Source: Desulfurellaceae bacterium (lineage in GTDB: Bacteria; Campylobacterota_A; Desulfurellia; Desulfurellales; Hippeaceae). From it: a stretch of 50,194 bases of DNA. The notes below the pieces were generated by a model. The model was not told where the DNA came from. It worked only from the letters and a program-made list of their open reading frames with translations, and did not search any database. Of the stretch, positions 20,798 to 31,900 are shown one piece after another. A program made the translations under genes and the position numbers. The stretch spans positions 1 through 50,194 of the forward strand of contig WFQQ01000011.1 in assembly GCA_015486965.1 (NCBI GenBank), written 5' to 3'. The stretch's first letter is position 1; each line of letters begins with the position of its first letter.

Positions 20798-21220
20798 ATG
20801 AAGGTTGAAAAGGGAAAGACCGTTAGGATGCACTACACAGGTAAGCTTGAGGATGGGACAGTGTTTGACACATCCGAAGGAAAAGAGCCTTTGGAGTTTG
20901 TGTATGGAGAGGGAAGCATTATTCCAGCTTTAGAAAAGCAACTTGAAGGTATGGAAGAGGGAGAGAAGAAAGAGATTACTGTGAAAGCAGAAGATGCCTA
21001 TGGTGAAGTTGATCCTTCAGCAGTTCAACAGATACCAAGAAGCCAATTACCTGAAAACATAGAACCAAAAGTTGGAATGCAACTCCTTGCACAAACGGAG
21101 ACAGCAAGTATTCCAGTGACAATTATAGATGTGGATGAGGAAACCGTTACGATCGATTTTAACCATCCTCTCGCCGGTAAAGACCTAATTTTCGATGTTG
21201 AGATTGTAAGCGTTAATTGA
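20798..21220 (+). CDS. slyD: FKBP-type peptidyl-prolyl isomerase (SlyD-like, no His-rich tail)
   Basis: HYTGKLEDGTVFDTS, EDAYG, IDFNHPLAGKDL.F; ATG 20798 behind RBS GGAGG. Confidence 0.88.
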   Translation: MKVEKGKTVRMHYTGKLEDGTVFDTSEGKEPLEFVYGEGSIIPALEKQLEGMEEGEKKEITVKAEDAYGEVDPSAVQQIPRSQLPENIEPKVGMQLLAQTETASIPVTIIDVDEETVTIDFNHPLAGKDLIFDVEIVSVN

Positions 21221-21234
21221 GGTCTCCAACCACT

Positions 21235-21258
21235 ATGGGCTGGTTTTTACCAGCCCAT
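21235..21258. terminator. perfect hairpin between convergent slyD and flgR-like genes
   Basis: ATGGGCTGGT-TTTT-ACCAGCCCAT, 10-bp stem overlapping the regulator stop codon. Confidence 0.6.
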
Positions 21259-22401
21259 GTTATGCAGAAAAATTTCATCTTTTGTTATTGTACTACCTTC
21301 GGCAAGAACGACAGCCCGCTCTATTACATTCTGTAGCTCTCTTATATTTCCTGGCCATGGGTAGTTTTCAAGCAACTCCAAAACCCCATTTTCAAAGTTA
21401 GTTATGCTTTTTCCGAATTGTTTTGAAAATTTGTTTAAGAAGTGGTAAGCGAGCTTTTCGATTTCATCCCGTCTTTCTCTTAGAGGTGGTATTCTAATCG
21501 GAAAGACACTAATTCTGTAGTATAAATCTTCTCTGAATTTACCCTCTTTCACATCTTCCTCAATATTTCTGTTGGTTGTGCAGATTATCCTTACATCCAC
21601 CTCTTTTGGCTTTGTTGCACCAATTCTATCTATAACTTTTTCCTGCAATACCCTCAATAGTTTTGCCTGGAGCTCTAATGGCATTTCACTAATTTCATCA
21701 AGCAGGAGGGTGCCCTTATCTGCCTGCTCAAATTTACCCGGATGGGATTTTATAGCTCCACTGAACGCTCCTTTTTCGTATCCAAACATCTCACTCTCAA
21801 GGAGGTTTGAGGGAATAGCGGCACAATTTACAGCTACAAAGCTCCCATTTGACCTGGGGCTGTTTCTATGTATAAACCTTGCAAGCACCTCTTTACCTGT
21901 TCCGCTTTCTCCGATTAGAAGCACAGTGGCGTCTGTTTTTGCAACCTTTGCTGCAAGTTCAACTATCTTTTTCATTGTTGGGCTTGATACAATAAACTCA
22001 TCTGTCTCTATATCTTCCTTTGGAGCATCTTTTGTAAGGCTTGAGTGTGAGATTGCCATATCTATGACCTTTTTTAGTGCCTCTTGGGAGAACGGTTTGA
22101 GGATAAAGTCGAAAGCTCCAAGTTTCATAGACTCTACGGCTGTTTTTACATCTCCGAAGGCTGTAATCATTATAAATGGTGTGTTTTCAGAGATTTTCTT
22201 TGTTTCTTTTAAGAACTCAAGACCATCCATCCTGGGCATTTTGAGGTCGCTCAATATTACATCAAATTGTTCCTTTTTTAAGTATTTCAGGGCTTCTCTG
22301 GCATCCTTTGCAACTATAGGTTCAAACTTTAGATGTTTCAGTGTGGCTGATAGTGCCACCCTCATCTGCTCATCGTCGTCAACCACGAGTATTCTATACA
22401 T
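21247..22401 (-). CDS. flgR: sigma54-dependent response regulator (REC + AAA+, no HTH), FlgR-like
   Basis: REC domain (VVDDD, SDLKMP, KPF), GESGTGKE, GAFSGA, LLLDE, FREDLYYR, WPGNIREL; ends without a Fis-type HTH. Confidence 0.75.
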   Translation of the reverse strand: MYRILVVDDDEQMRVALSATLKHLKFEPIVAKDAREALKYLKKEQFDVILSDLKMPRMDGLEFLKETKKISENTPFIMITAFGDVKTAVESMKLGAFDFILKPFSQEALKKVIDMAISHSSLTKDAPKEDIETDEFIVSSPTMKKIVELAAKVAKTDATVLLIGESGTGKEVLARFIHRNSPRSNGSFVAVNCAAIPSNLLESEMFGYEKGAFSGAIKSHPGKFEQADKGTLLLDEISEMPLELQAKLLRVLQEKVIDRIGATKPKEVDVRIICTTNRNIEEDVKEGKFREDLYYRISVFPIRIPPLRERRDEIEKLAYHFLNKFSKQFGKSITNFENGVLELLENYPWPGNIRELQNVIERAVVLAEGSTITKDEIFLHNMGW

Positions 22402-24814
22402 TTTGTTTGGCAATCCTCACGGCTTCTATTGCGTCTTTAGCGTAAAAATCGGCACCAATTTTTTTTGCGAAATCCTCTGTAACTGCGGCGCCTCCCACCA
22501 TTATTTTTACATTCAAGCCCTTCATTTTAATTTTGTCTATAACATTCTTCATGTTAACCATGGTTGTTGTCATTAAAGCAGAAAGCCCTACTGCGTCTGC
22601 ATGGTTCTCTTCGATCGCTTTTAAAATTGTGTCTTCGTCTACATTTTTACCCAAATCTATAATCTCAAATCCATTGGTTTCAAGAAGCAGGGAAACAATA
22701 TTTTTACCGATATCATGAATGTCTCCCTTAACTGTAGCCATTACAATGGTTTTTCCGCTTTTTGCACTGCTTGAGTGCTTTTTTATCTCCTCTTTCAGTA
22801 TATTAAAAGCCTTTTTCATGGCATTTGCCGATTTAATCATCTGTGGCAAGAAATAGATGCCTTTATCGTACAGCTTACCAACGACATCCAATGCGGGAAT
22901 TAATATATCGTTGCTTATATCGAGTGGTTTGTATTTTTTTAAAGCCTCTCTCGTCAGCTTTTCTATCTCTTCTTCATTTCCCTCTATAACACACATAAAA
23001 AGCCTATCTTCAAGCGAATTTTTTTCAAAAGGAGAACTTATCAGCTCAAGTTTCTTTTTTTTTACAGTCTGGTTTTGGAGCGTGATGTCCTGGGATTTGC
23101 TTATGTAAATGGATGCATCTCTGTCCCTGTCCACAATTAGGTCGCTTGCGTATTTAATCTGCCACAGCAGTTGGTCGTATGGGTTGACGATAGCAGAGTC
23201 GAGCCCGTTATAGATAGCCATCGCAAGATAAGAGGCGTTTATCAGTTTCCTGTTTGGCATACCAAAGGATACATTGCTCAAGCCCAAAATCGTGGTTATG
23301 TTGTATTGCTCTTTAATAAGTTTTATGGTTTTCAAACTTTCAAGAGCCCTTGCTTTATCGCTCCCAACGGTGAGGGCAAGTGCATCTGCAACTATGTCTT
23401 CCTCTTTGATTCCAGCTTCCCGTGCTCTGTTCACAATTCTTGTAAGGATGGCAAGCCTCTCTTCAGCTTTAGAGGGAATGCCTGTTTCATCCAAAAGGAG
23501 AGCCAGTATGGCTGCACCATATTTTCTGGCAAGGGGCAAAATCCTTTCCATGCTCTCATCTGAGCCGTTAACAGAATTGATTAAGACCTTGCCATCGGCA
23601 GCTTTTAGTCCCTCCTCTATTGCATCTGGATTGGATGAATCGATAACCAGGGGGACATTAACGACACTCTCAACCGCCAGTACACACTTTTTCATCATGG
23701 CTGGTTCATCAATCATGGGCACACCGACATTTATATCAAGCACACTTGCCCCATGTTCCACCTGTTCAATTGCCTCTTTCCTGTAAAGTCCCGTTTTTCC
23801 TTCTTTTAACTGCTGTTTTAATAACTTTTTACCTGTAGGGTTCAATCTCTCACCGATAAAGACCACAGGGTTTGAATATCCCATTTTCACAAGCTCTGTT
23901 CTGCTCGTTAAAACTGTTGCCTTCTCAATACTTCTCTTTTTTACAGGTTTCCCCTTAAGCTTTTTTGATAAAAGCTTTATGTGGGCAGGCGATGTGCCAC
24001 AGCAACCAGCAACAATTGCAGCATACTCTGAAAACTCAAAAGCATAAGAGGCAAACTCCTCAGGTCCCACGGGAAATACCGTTTTTCCGTCAACAAGTCT
24101 CGGTATTCCCGCATTTGGCTGTATTATCAGAGGTTTATCTGTTACAGAGGCCATTCTCTTTACAAATTCATTCAGCAGGTCTGGTCCTACAGAGCAGTTT
24201 GCGCCAATGACATCTACATCCATTGCCTCTATTGTTTTTGCAAATACCTCAGGAGGTGTTCCAAGGATCGTCCTTCCATCCTCTGCAAAAGTCATCATGG
24301 CAATTATGGGTTTTTCTGTAATCTCTCTTATGGCGACTATTGCAGCTTTGAGCTCTTTTATATCCATAAATGTTTCTAATGAGAAAAGGTCAACTCCAGC
24401 ATCAACGGCAGGTTGAGCCTGTTTTTTGAACACCTCTTTTATATAATCAAACTCAGCCTCTCCCACAGGTTCTATGAACTTTCCTGTAGGTCCTATGGAT
24501 AAGGAGACAAACCCCTTATCTCCTACCACACTTTTTGCTATTTTTACAGCTTTAAAGTTTATTTCATAAACCTTATCTTCAAGTCCAAACTCTTTTAGCT
24601 TTATTGGGTTTGCACCAAATGTGTTTGTGACGATGATGTCTGCTCCAGCTTCAAGGTATGATTTGTGAATCTCTGCTATATCTTTTGGATGTGTTATATT
24701 GAGATAATCCGGGCAAACTCCATTTTTCAAAAGCCCCCTCTCTTGAAGCTGCGTGCCCATGGCACCGTCCAGTATGAGTATCCTCTTTCCCAGCTCATCT
24801 CTAAAACTTCTCAC
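22394..24814 (-). CDS. metH: B12-dependent methionine synthase lacking the C-terminal AdoMet reactivation domain
   Basis: DGAMGT, GANCS and GCCGT Zn ligands, IGERLNPTG pterin domain, FLPQ cap, GDIHDIG B12 motif; 806 aa. Confidence 0.88.
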   Translation of the reverse strand: MRSFRDELGKRILILDGAMGTQLQERGLLKNGVCPDYLNITHPKDIAEIHKSYLEAGADIIVTNTFGANPIKLKEFGLEDKVYEINFKAVKIAKSVVGDKGFVSLSIGPTGKFIEPVGEAEFDYIKEVFKKQAQPAVDAGVDLFSLETFMDIKELKAAIVAIREITEKPIIAMMTFAEDGRTILGTPPEVFAKTIEAMDVDVIGANCSVGPDLLNEFVKRMASVTDKPLIIQPNAGIPRLVDGKTVFPVGPEEFASYAFEFSEYAAIVAGCCGTSPAHIKLLSKKLKGKPVKKRSIEKATVLTSRTELVKMGYSNPVVFIGERLNPTGKKLLKQQLKEGKTGLYRKEAIEQVEHGASVLDINVGVPMIDEPAMMKKCVLAVESVVNVPLVIDSSNPDAIEEGLKAADGKVLINSVNGSDESMERILPLARKYGAAILALLLDETGIPSKAEERLAILTRIVNRAREAGIKEEDIVADALALTVGSDKARALESLKTIKLIKEQYNITTILGLSNVSFGMPNRKLINASYLAMAIYNGLDSAIVNPYDQLLWQIKYASDLIVDRDRDASIYISKSQDITLQNQTVKKKKLELISSPFEKNSLEDRLFMCVIEGNEEEIEKLTREALKKYKPLDISNDILIPALDVVGKLYDKGIYFLPQMIKSANAMKKAFNILKEEIKKHSSSAKSGKTIVMATVKGDIHDIGKNIVSLLLETNGFEIIDLGKNVDEDTILKAIEENHADAVGLSALMTTTMVNMKNVIDKIKMKGLNVKIMVGGAAVTEDFAKKIGADFYAKDAIEAVRIAKQNV

Positions 24815-27800
24815 CTACTTCACCCCAAAAATGCTCAGTGGCAACATAATTGTTCTTTTTACTACACCAAGCACTCCCTTTGCAAGGTTTTTAAAAGGCA
24901 CTGGTTTAATGCTGGGGTGGTTTATGTCTCCGTGAACCCTGAAACTTAAACCGGTAAAGCTTTTGCTCTTCCCGCCTATTATCCATCCCACAATTGGGAT
25001 ATGGGAGACGATTTTGTTTATTGTTGAAAATGTTATAAATGTTACATACGCATCGATTTTGCTTTTTACAAGGTCGCACTTTCCGTATGCGAACATATCT
25101 ATGCTTTTACCATCAAATATAACGGCGCTGTTTTTGGGTGTTCTCAAAACGCCATCCTTTAAAAGCAATTTTGCTTTAATTTTTTTGTATGTTAATCCTT
25201 TTGTTTTCCCAAATCCGCCTAAAAATGTTGAGAATGGATTGAGGAGAGCCATGAGGTTTAGGGCTGATGGTGCTTTAGTTATACATCCATTGTAGGCACG
25301 GAAATCTATTGTTCCCCATATCGATTTTAGGTTTAAGATCTTTGGGTTTCTTGCATTTAAAGATGAGTCTATCTCCATAAAGTTTTTTTGGTTTGAGCAA
25401 TTTGTAATAAATGGCCACAAAGCCCAGTCCCTAACCCTTATAGATATATGTCCGTTTTGTTTGTTTTCTGTTATTTTCCAGCGGGAAACAGCGGACTGGA
25501 GGTTCAGAATAAGGTGTTTGTCTGTGTTTTTAAAGAGAATAGTTGTAGCAAGGAGGTTTTTTATCTTGTTTTTAAACTTTAGGTAGAGGTTTATTATGTC
25601 AAATTTGACCGTTATCTTGGTGTCTGGGAGTTTTAACTCTGCAGGTTTACTTTTTTTTCTCTTTTTACCCTTGAAGATTCTATTTGTGTCCAGGTAGAAT
25701 TTGTTTGCATGCAATCTCAGGTTGATTGAGTTGGTTTTTATGTTGTAGTTTCCCTTCGCCACGATTAGATTTTTATCCAAGTAGAAACTTGTGTTGTATA
25801 TTTCTAAACGACCATCCATTAATTTCACAAATGCAGTAATGTTGTCCAGCAGATTAAACTTTCCTTTATACAATGACAAATTCACCTGTTTTATCATGGG
25901 TTTTCCCTTCTTAAAGTTTAATTTTACATTTCCGTTAACGACACCCGAAAGGTTTGTTTTGATGGGTATAAGTTGCTTTATATCCGCAATATTTAAACTA
26001 TTGGCTTTGAAATTTAAGAACGCTATCCTTCCTTTTTTTGTATTTACTTTGGCGGAGATAACCACATCTCCTATGCCTTTCACTGTCATGCTGTAGATAT
26101 TTAGTGTGGGTGGCTTAAACTCTCCTTTCACCAAACAGTCTAAGCCTATTCCTTTTATTGTAATGGGTATAGCAATGTGGGTTGTAAATGTTAAATCCTT
26201 GAAGTTACCAGAGACAGAGCCTGATAGTTTTGCCATCTTGAATTTTAAGGGGTCTTTTTTCTTTGCCAGCTCAAGCTCAAGGATTGAAAGCTCGCTCCGC
26301 GAGATATTGGCAGTGAAACTTCCGTTTAATCCAATCGAGGGATAGATGTTCAATTTGAAGTTTTGAGTGTATAGGTTGGATTCTTTTGTCCTGGCTTTAA
26401 AGTTTCTGAAGGATACAAAAAACCCTTTAATTTTACCCTTTCGTGCTACTCTTTTTATCTCAACAAATCCTGAAGCTCTAATCCATCCATTGGGAATATT
26501 AGGGTTTGAGAATTCTACACTATTGGGAAACAGTTTTACATCAAAGCTAAAATAGGGCTTGGGTTTAAAACTATAGCCATATACATCTATTTTTGCTTTT
26601 ATTTTTCCCTTGAGGTTTTTTGACCTTCCAAGCAGTTTGAGATCGCTTTTGGAGAGTATGTTTTCCTCAATAAATGAGCGAACGAGCTCTGTTGCAGTTC
26701 CTTTTATATTCAGGTGTATATCTGAGCTTAGCGTTCTACCCCTGTATATTACAAATTTAGATCTTTCTGCATCGATTCTGTCAAACTTCCCATCTGCGAT
26801 CATCACAATTTTTTTCGGGTAAATTTTCACAACACCGTTTTTTATGAGAAAGTATGGGTCTTTTGTGTTTATTCTGAACTTGACATCTTTAATCAATATT
26901 GTTCCACTTTTTACAAAGGAAAGAGAGGGTTTTCCAGAGAATGATACTTTCTTTAATGAAAAGTAGGCACTTTTTATATAAGGTTTTGCACTCTGAGGTA
27001 AAAGGAAGAGTAACTTTGAGCCATTGATATATGGAGTTGATATGTAGCCTTTAACATGGGAAAGGAGCGGTTTTCTAATGTTAACCATACCGTCTAACCT
27101 AAGCTCATAGCCGTTTTTTGTTTTAAGATTAAAGCTTTTCACTTCAAACTGGGAGCTGTTCACTCTACCCTCTAAATACAGTGTGGGTTGTTTCAGAATA
27201 AAATCCTTGAAAGAGCTAAAGCCAGCTTTGGCTTCAAGGTTTAAAGAGAGCTTTCTATCAAAAGCCCCTTTTATTGCGATGTTTTTAGCTAAAAAGCCAT
27301 CTTTCTTTAAGAGTGGTATGGTAGCCTTAAAACCGATTGATTTGTGTTTTAGCTTAATATCAGCTTTCAGGTTTGTTTTGTTTATAATTCCTTCAAATAC
27401 GAGCTCGTTTGTTTTGAATATGATGCTTGTTTTGAGATTGAGCTTTCCGTGTATATTGAGCCCAGTTGTGTTGATTTCTATGTCCGGTATGGAAAGACTT
27501 ATGGGGATGTATGGAATTTCAGGCAGTGTCTGGGGCAGTGAAAAGGCTTTTGAGGTTTTCTCTCTTTTTAGATTGACTGAGATTTTTTGAACCGAAATAT
27601 CACCGAAGTAGTTTTTATGGGAGAGTTTTGAAACTATGAGTTTCGCTATATTTATCTTTATATCTGCATTGATTACGGTTAACTTTATGTTTTTTTCTTC
27701 TGCAGATACAGACTTTGCTCTAATATCTAAAGAGGGGAATTTCTTATAAACAGATATTGATGAAATGGTAATTGTTATGTTTTTGTTTTTTAACTCATCT

Positions 27801-27928
27801 AATTTTGAGCGGAGTAGCTTTTGAATGTAGGATGAGTTTATGGAGTGCCATATAAAAAAAATAGCCGCTACAACTGCTAAGACAGCAATCGCAACGGCTA
27901 TGGAAAAGATTTTAAAGAATCTTTTCAT
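24815..27928 (-). CDS. AsmA-like/YhdP-like large envelope protein
   Basis: N-terminal TM anchor, long beta-rich body, C-terminal IVSHIPIVGWIIGG..FRVHGDINHPSI signature. Confidence 0.75.
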   Translation of the reverse strand: MKRFFKIFSIAVAIAVLAVVAAIFFIWHSINSSYIQKLLRSKLDELKNKNITITISSISVYKKFPSLDIRAKSVSAEEKNIKLTVINADIKINIAKLIVSKLSHKNYFGDISVQKISVNLKREKTSKAFSLPQTLPEIPYIPISLSIPDIEINTTGLNIHGKLNLKTSIIFKTNELVFEGIINKTNLKADIKLKHKSIGFKATIPLLKKDGFLAKNIAIKGAFDRKLSLNLEAKAGFSSFKDFILKQPTLYLEGRVNSSQFEVKSFNLKTKNGYELRLDGMVNIRKPLLSHVKGYISTPYINGSKLLFLLPQSAKPYIKSAYFSLKKVSFSGKPSLSFVKSGTILIKDVKFRINTKDPYFLIKNGVVKIYPKKIVMIADGKFDRIDAERSKFVIYRGRTLSSDIHLNIKGTATELVRSFIEENILSKSDLKLLGRSKNLKGKIKAKIDVYGYSFKPKPYFSFDVKLFPNSVEFSNPNIPNGWIRASGFVEIKRVARKGKIKGFFVSFRNFKARTKESNLYTQNFKLNIYPSIGLNGSFTANISRSELSILELELAKKKDPLKFKMAKLSGSVSGNFKDLTFTTHIAIPITIKGIGLDCLVKGEFKPPTLNIYSMTVKGIGDVVISAKVNTKKGRIAFLNFKANSLNIADIKQLIPIKTNLSGVVNGNVKLNFKKGKPMIKQVNLSLYKGKFNLLDNITAFVKLMDGRLEIYNTSFYLDKNLIVAKGNYNIKTNSINLRLHANKFYLDTNRIFKGKKRKKSKPAELKLPDTKITVKFDIINLYLKFKNKIKNLLATTILFKNTDKHLILNLQSAVSRWKITENKQNGHISIRVRDWALWPFITNCSNQKNFMEIDSSLNARNPKILNLKSIWGTIDFRAYNGCITKAPSALNLMALLNPFSTFLGGFGKTKGLTYKKIKAKLLLKDGVLRTPKNSAVIFDGKSIDMFAYGKCDLVKSKIDAYVTFITFSTINKIVSHIPIVGWIIGGKSKSFTGLSFRVHGDINHPSIKPVPFKNLAKGVLGVVKRTIMLPLSIFGVK

Positions 27929-28743
27929 TTTTTCTTAATGTAGGGCGTTATATCCTGAAGCCCCATGATTACATAGCCCTGGTTTTTGCCAGTTTTTATA
28001 ATCATTGCAGGTGTGCCGTTGATGCCGTGACTGAAAGCTATCCTCAGGATTTTATCTAAAGTTGGTTTATATTTTTTCAGAATCTCATCCATGTTTTTCT
28101 GATTTTTCACAGCCTCTGATACCTTTGAAAATTCAGCCGCTTCGATTTTATCGATAGCTTCTTTTAAGCCCTTGTTTTTCTCGATGTGCAGGAAAAGGGC
28201 GCTTGCCTTTGTTGCCTGAGCACCGTGAACATCGAAAGGAATAACATGCAATCTTATTTTGTTCTCTTTGGCAAGTTTCAATAGTTTTGGAATCTCTCTT
28301 TTACAGAACGGACAGTAAGGGTCTGTAAATAGATATACATCGACCCCCTGCCCTATTGACTGTTTCAGTTTTTCAGGCAGAAGCTTTAGAATATCATTGA
28401 GCCAGCTTATATCGGCTTTTGATTGCTCCACAGATATTTTTGGCTCCACTCGGGTTAACCTACCGTTTTTGTATTTGAGCAGGACGGGAATGATTAGTGT
28501 TTTGTCATTTGATATCCACAGGTATCTGTGGTAGATTGTTCCTGTATTTTTGTTCTTGATGGAAACATTTAGCTGCTTGAAACCTTTTAGCTCACTCTTT
28601 TTCTCAACCTTGATAGTATAGGGGGTATTCGGTGGAACCATCTTTTTCAAAATCTCTGAATAGTCGTTTTTTGAAGCTGCAAACCCCGTTAGGCTAAAGG
28701 CTGAAATAATCAACCCAGCCGAAATAAGACTTTTAAATTTCAT
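27925..28743 (-). CDS. DsbC/DsbA-family thiol:disulfide oxidoreductase
   Basis: Signal peptide, FTDPYCPFC, GINGTP cis-Pro loop; ATG 28743 behind RBS AGGAGG. Confidence 0.82.
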   Translation of the reverse strand: MKFKSLISAGLIISAFSLTGFAASKNDYSEILKKMVPPNTPYTIKVEKKSELKGFKQLNVSIKNKNTGTIYHRYLWISNDKTLIIPVLLKYKNGRLTRVEPKISVEQSKADISWLNDILKLLPEKLKQSIGQGVDVYLFTDPYCPFCKREIPKLLKLAKENKIRLHVIPFDVHGAQATKASALFLHIEKNKGLKEAIDKIEAAEFSKVSEAVKNQKNMDEILKKYKPTLDKILRIAFSHGINGTPAMIIKTGKNQGYVIMGLQDITPYIKKK

Positions 28744-28843
28744 ACTACACCTCCTTCTTTTAACGGTGGAATTATACATTTTTTTGGAAAAAATACAACT
28801 TTACAACAGTTTTCAGATAAGATTTTGTATAAAAAATTTATTC

Positions 28844-28871
28844 TTGATTGAGTTGTTTGTTATGTTATAAT
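28844..28871 (+). promoter_or_regulatory. extended -10 sigma70 promoter of the EAL-domain gene
   Basis: TTGATT-N16-TATAAT with TGn immediately before the -10 box. Confidence 0.55.
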
Positions 28872-28981
28872 TTAACATGCAGTGTGTTAGAACCTCTGCA
28901 AAAAGTTGCATTAACCCTTTACGGAAAGGATACAGACAATTATCGTAAACAAAATATAGATTGTGGGAAAGGACACCCATT

Positions 28982-31900
28982 ATGAGCTATTTAGGTGTTG
29001 ATTTTTTTGAGGTTTTGAAAAACTCCAGACTGCTTGGAATCTATATCTATCAAGATGGGGGAGAGATAGTTTACGCCAACGAGGCTTTTCTTAAGATGCT
29101 GGATTATTCAGAAGATGAGATTATTCATAAGCTAAAGGTTCAAGAAATAATAGAAGGAAAAAATAGAAGTTTGGCTTTACAAAATATAGAAAGAAGACTC
29201 AAGGGAGATGAGTTTTCCTGTGAATATAGAGAGCTTTACTATAGAAACAAAAGGGGTTTTCTAAAACTAACTTTGAATTTTGCTTACACTATAACATTTC
29301 AGGAAAAACCAGCAGGTCTTGTATTTGTTGTTGACATAACAAAGAGCAAGGTTTTTGAGAGATGCTATGAGATTCTCACAGAGCTGAATCAGGTTGTGGT
29401 CAGGGGTGAAGCCGGAGATGATATTTTAGAAAATGTGTGCAGGATAATCTATAACCATTTGGATTTCCATGTTGTTGTTTTGGGGAATATTGACGAGAAG
29501 ACAAAGCTATTTAAACCTATTTTGGTTTTGGGTGATGGCAATTTAAAGGAGTATTTCGAGAAGCTAAAGATCTCCGTAGATGAGAGTGTGCCCGAGGGAA
29601 GAGGGACTGTTGGAAGGGCGTATAGAACAAAAGATATAGCTGTGTCTGACAATGTTTTCAGGGATAGTGGAATGGCAGCATGGAGAGAAGCACAGAAAAA
29701 ATTTGGTGTTTACTCTGCCTGTTCTATACCAATTATAAAAAAAGGTGTTGTTGAATATATAATTATACTCTACTCAAGGATAGCTGGCATATTTTCAGGT
29801 GAGTATTTATCACTACTTAAAGAGATCCAGACAGATATAATCTTTGCGCTTGAAAAGATTGAGAGTGAAAAAGAGTTGAACATGTTAAATGAAGCGCTCA
29901 GAAACTCTGTTAACTGGGTTGTCATATCGGATGAGGAAGGTAGGATTCTTGATGTAAACAGAGCAGTTGAGGAGATATCTGGGTATAAAAGAGAGGAGCT
30001 CATAGGCAAGAACCCGAGGATTTTTAAATCTGGTTATCATACTAAGGATTTTTATAAAAAGTTGTACTCTCATATAACTAAAGGAGAGCAGTTCAGGTGT
30101 ACATTTGTAAACAGAAGGAAAGATGGCTCTCTGTTCTATCTGGACTGTGTTATCATTCCAATTGTTGAGAATGGAAGGGTTGTAAGGTACATAGATATAT
30201 CAAGGGATATAACGGATAGGGTGCTTGCAGAAAATAGATTGAAAAAGATGTCAAATATGTTCAAAACACTCTACAGCATTAACCAACTTTTACTTAAGAC
30301 AGAAACCGAAAACGAAGTGCTTGATAAACTGCCAAAGATAATCGTTGAGGATCTTGGTTTTGAGCTTGCCTTTTTAGTGGATGTTAAAAGTGAGCGTGAA
30401 ATCCAGATAAAGAGATACGAAGTTAAGAAAAATAAGTATGTGGCCATATTTTTACTTATTAAGAAGATTTTGGGTAAGCTGCCCAGGGGTGTTTTACCTC
30501 CCTTTGTTAAGTCTGCAAAGAATAAACGAATCTACATAGTTAACGACATTTTGATGACTGAGAAGTTTAAACTTTTCCACAAGATTGCCAGGATTTTTAA
30601 TTTTAACGCTGGCTTCAGTATGCCAATAATTAAAGATGAAAAAGTTTTAGCTGTCCTTGTTGGAGTCACAAGTCAGCCACATTTCTTTGATAGGGATATT
30701 TTTAAGCTTTTAGAACAGGTTAAACTTGATATCTCATACTTTTTGGAGAAGCTTGAAACCGAAAAGTGGTATGAGCTCTTTGCCAATGCAATAAACAAGG
30801 GATTCGATTTTGTTGTTGTGACGGATGATAAATTTAGAATACTCTATGTTAACGACAATGTTGTTAAGATGTCGGGCTATTCAAAGGAGGAGTTGATAGG
30901 CAAGCATCACTCTATCTTCTCATCTAAAACCCATTCGAAGAGTTTTACCCGCCAGTTCTATGAGACACTTGAGTCAGGCAAAACATTTTCTGGTGTAATT
31001 GTTTATAGGGTTAAGGACTCAAGGTTTGTTAAGGCTCTTATGAATATTACGCCTTATAAATGTAAGGATGGAAAGGCCTACTATATAGCCACAGGCAGGG
31101 ACATAACAAGCAGCTTTGAACTTCAGAGGGCAATAGAAGAGAGTCTGGCAAAAGACCCCCTGACGGGTTTGATTACAAGAAATGAGTTCTTGAAATCACT
31201 AAAACAGTTCATAGATAGGGCTTCTTATGAGGGTTTATTTGGAGCCGTTGTTGTCTTGAACCCCATAAAGTTCTCAGCAATTAATCATGCTTACGGTTTT
31301 GAAACCGGAAACAAGCTGCTTGTAAAAATAGCCGAGAGATTGAAAAAGTATTTTAGAAGGTTTGATGTTGTTGCGAAACTTGAATCTGATAAGTTTGGCA
31401 TAATCATAAAAGATATTAGAAGCGAAGAGGATATCTACTCAATTCTTTCAAGGTTGATTGAGTATGTATCAAGGGCTTACATTGTGGATGGAAAGAAGAT
31501 AACCCTCTCCTTTAATGTTGGCGTCAGTGTGTTCCCTAAGGATTCAAAAGATGCAACAGGATTGCTTGAAAAGGCTGAAATGGCTCTGATGAGCGTGAAG
31601 AATAAAGAAGAGAGCCTTGGGTTCTACAAAGAAGAGTTCAAAAGGAGAGCAAAAAGGATTATTGAGCTTAAAACCGAGGTTTCTGAAGCACTTGAAAATA
31701 GAGAGTTTTTACTCTATTACCAGCCTTATCTTGATGTAGATAGTGGGAACATTGCTGGAGCTGAGGCTCTCATAAGGTGGAGAAGAAAGGGAAAAATAGT
31801 TCCACCACTCGAGTTTATACCATATCTTGAGGAGACGGGAATTATTACGAGGGTCGAGGAGTGGATTGTTAAGGAGGTTGCAAGAAAGCAAAAAGAGTGG

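Noticed and set aside
21572-22576. 334-aa plus-strand ORF
   Set aside because: Antisense shadow of the sigma54 regulator; Ser/Phe/Ile-rich with no recognisable motifs
28872-28960. Possible c-di-GMP-I riboswitch
   Set aside because: The GCAAA/GAAA-tetraloop two-stem arrangement is not recognisable; kept only as an unclassified leader
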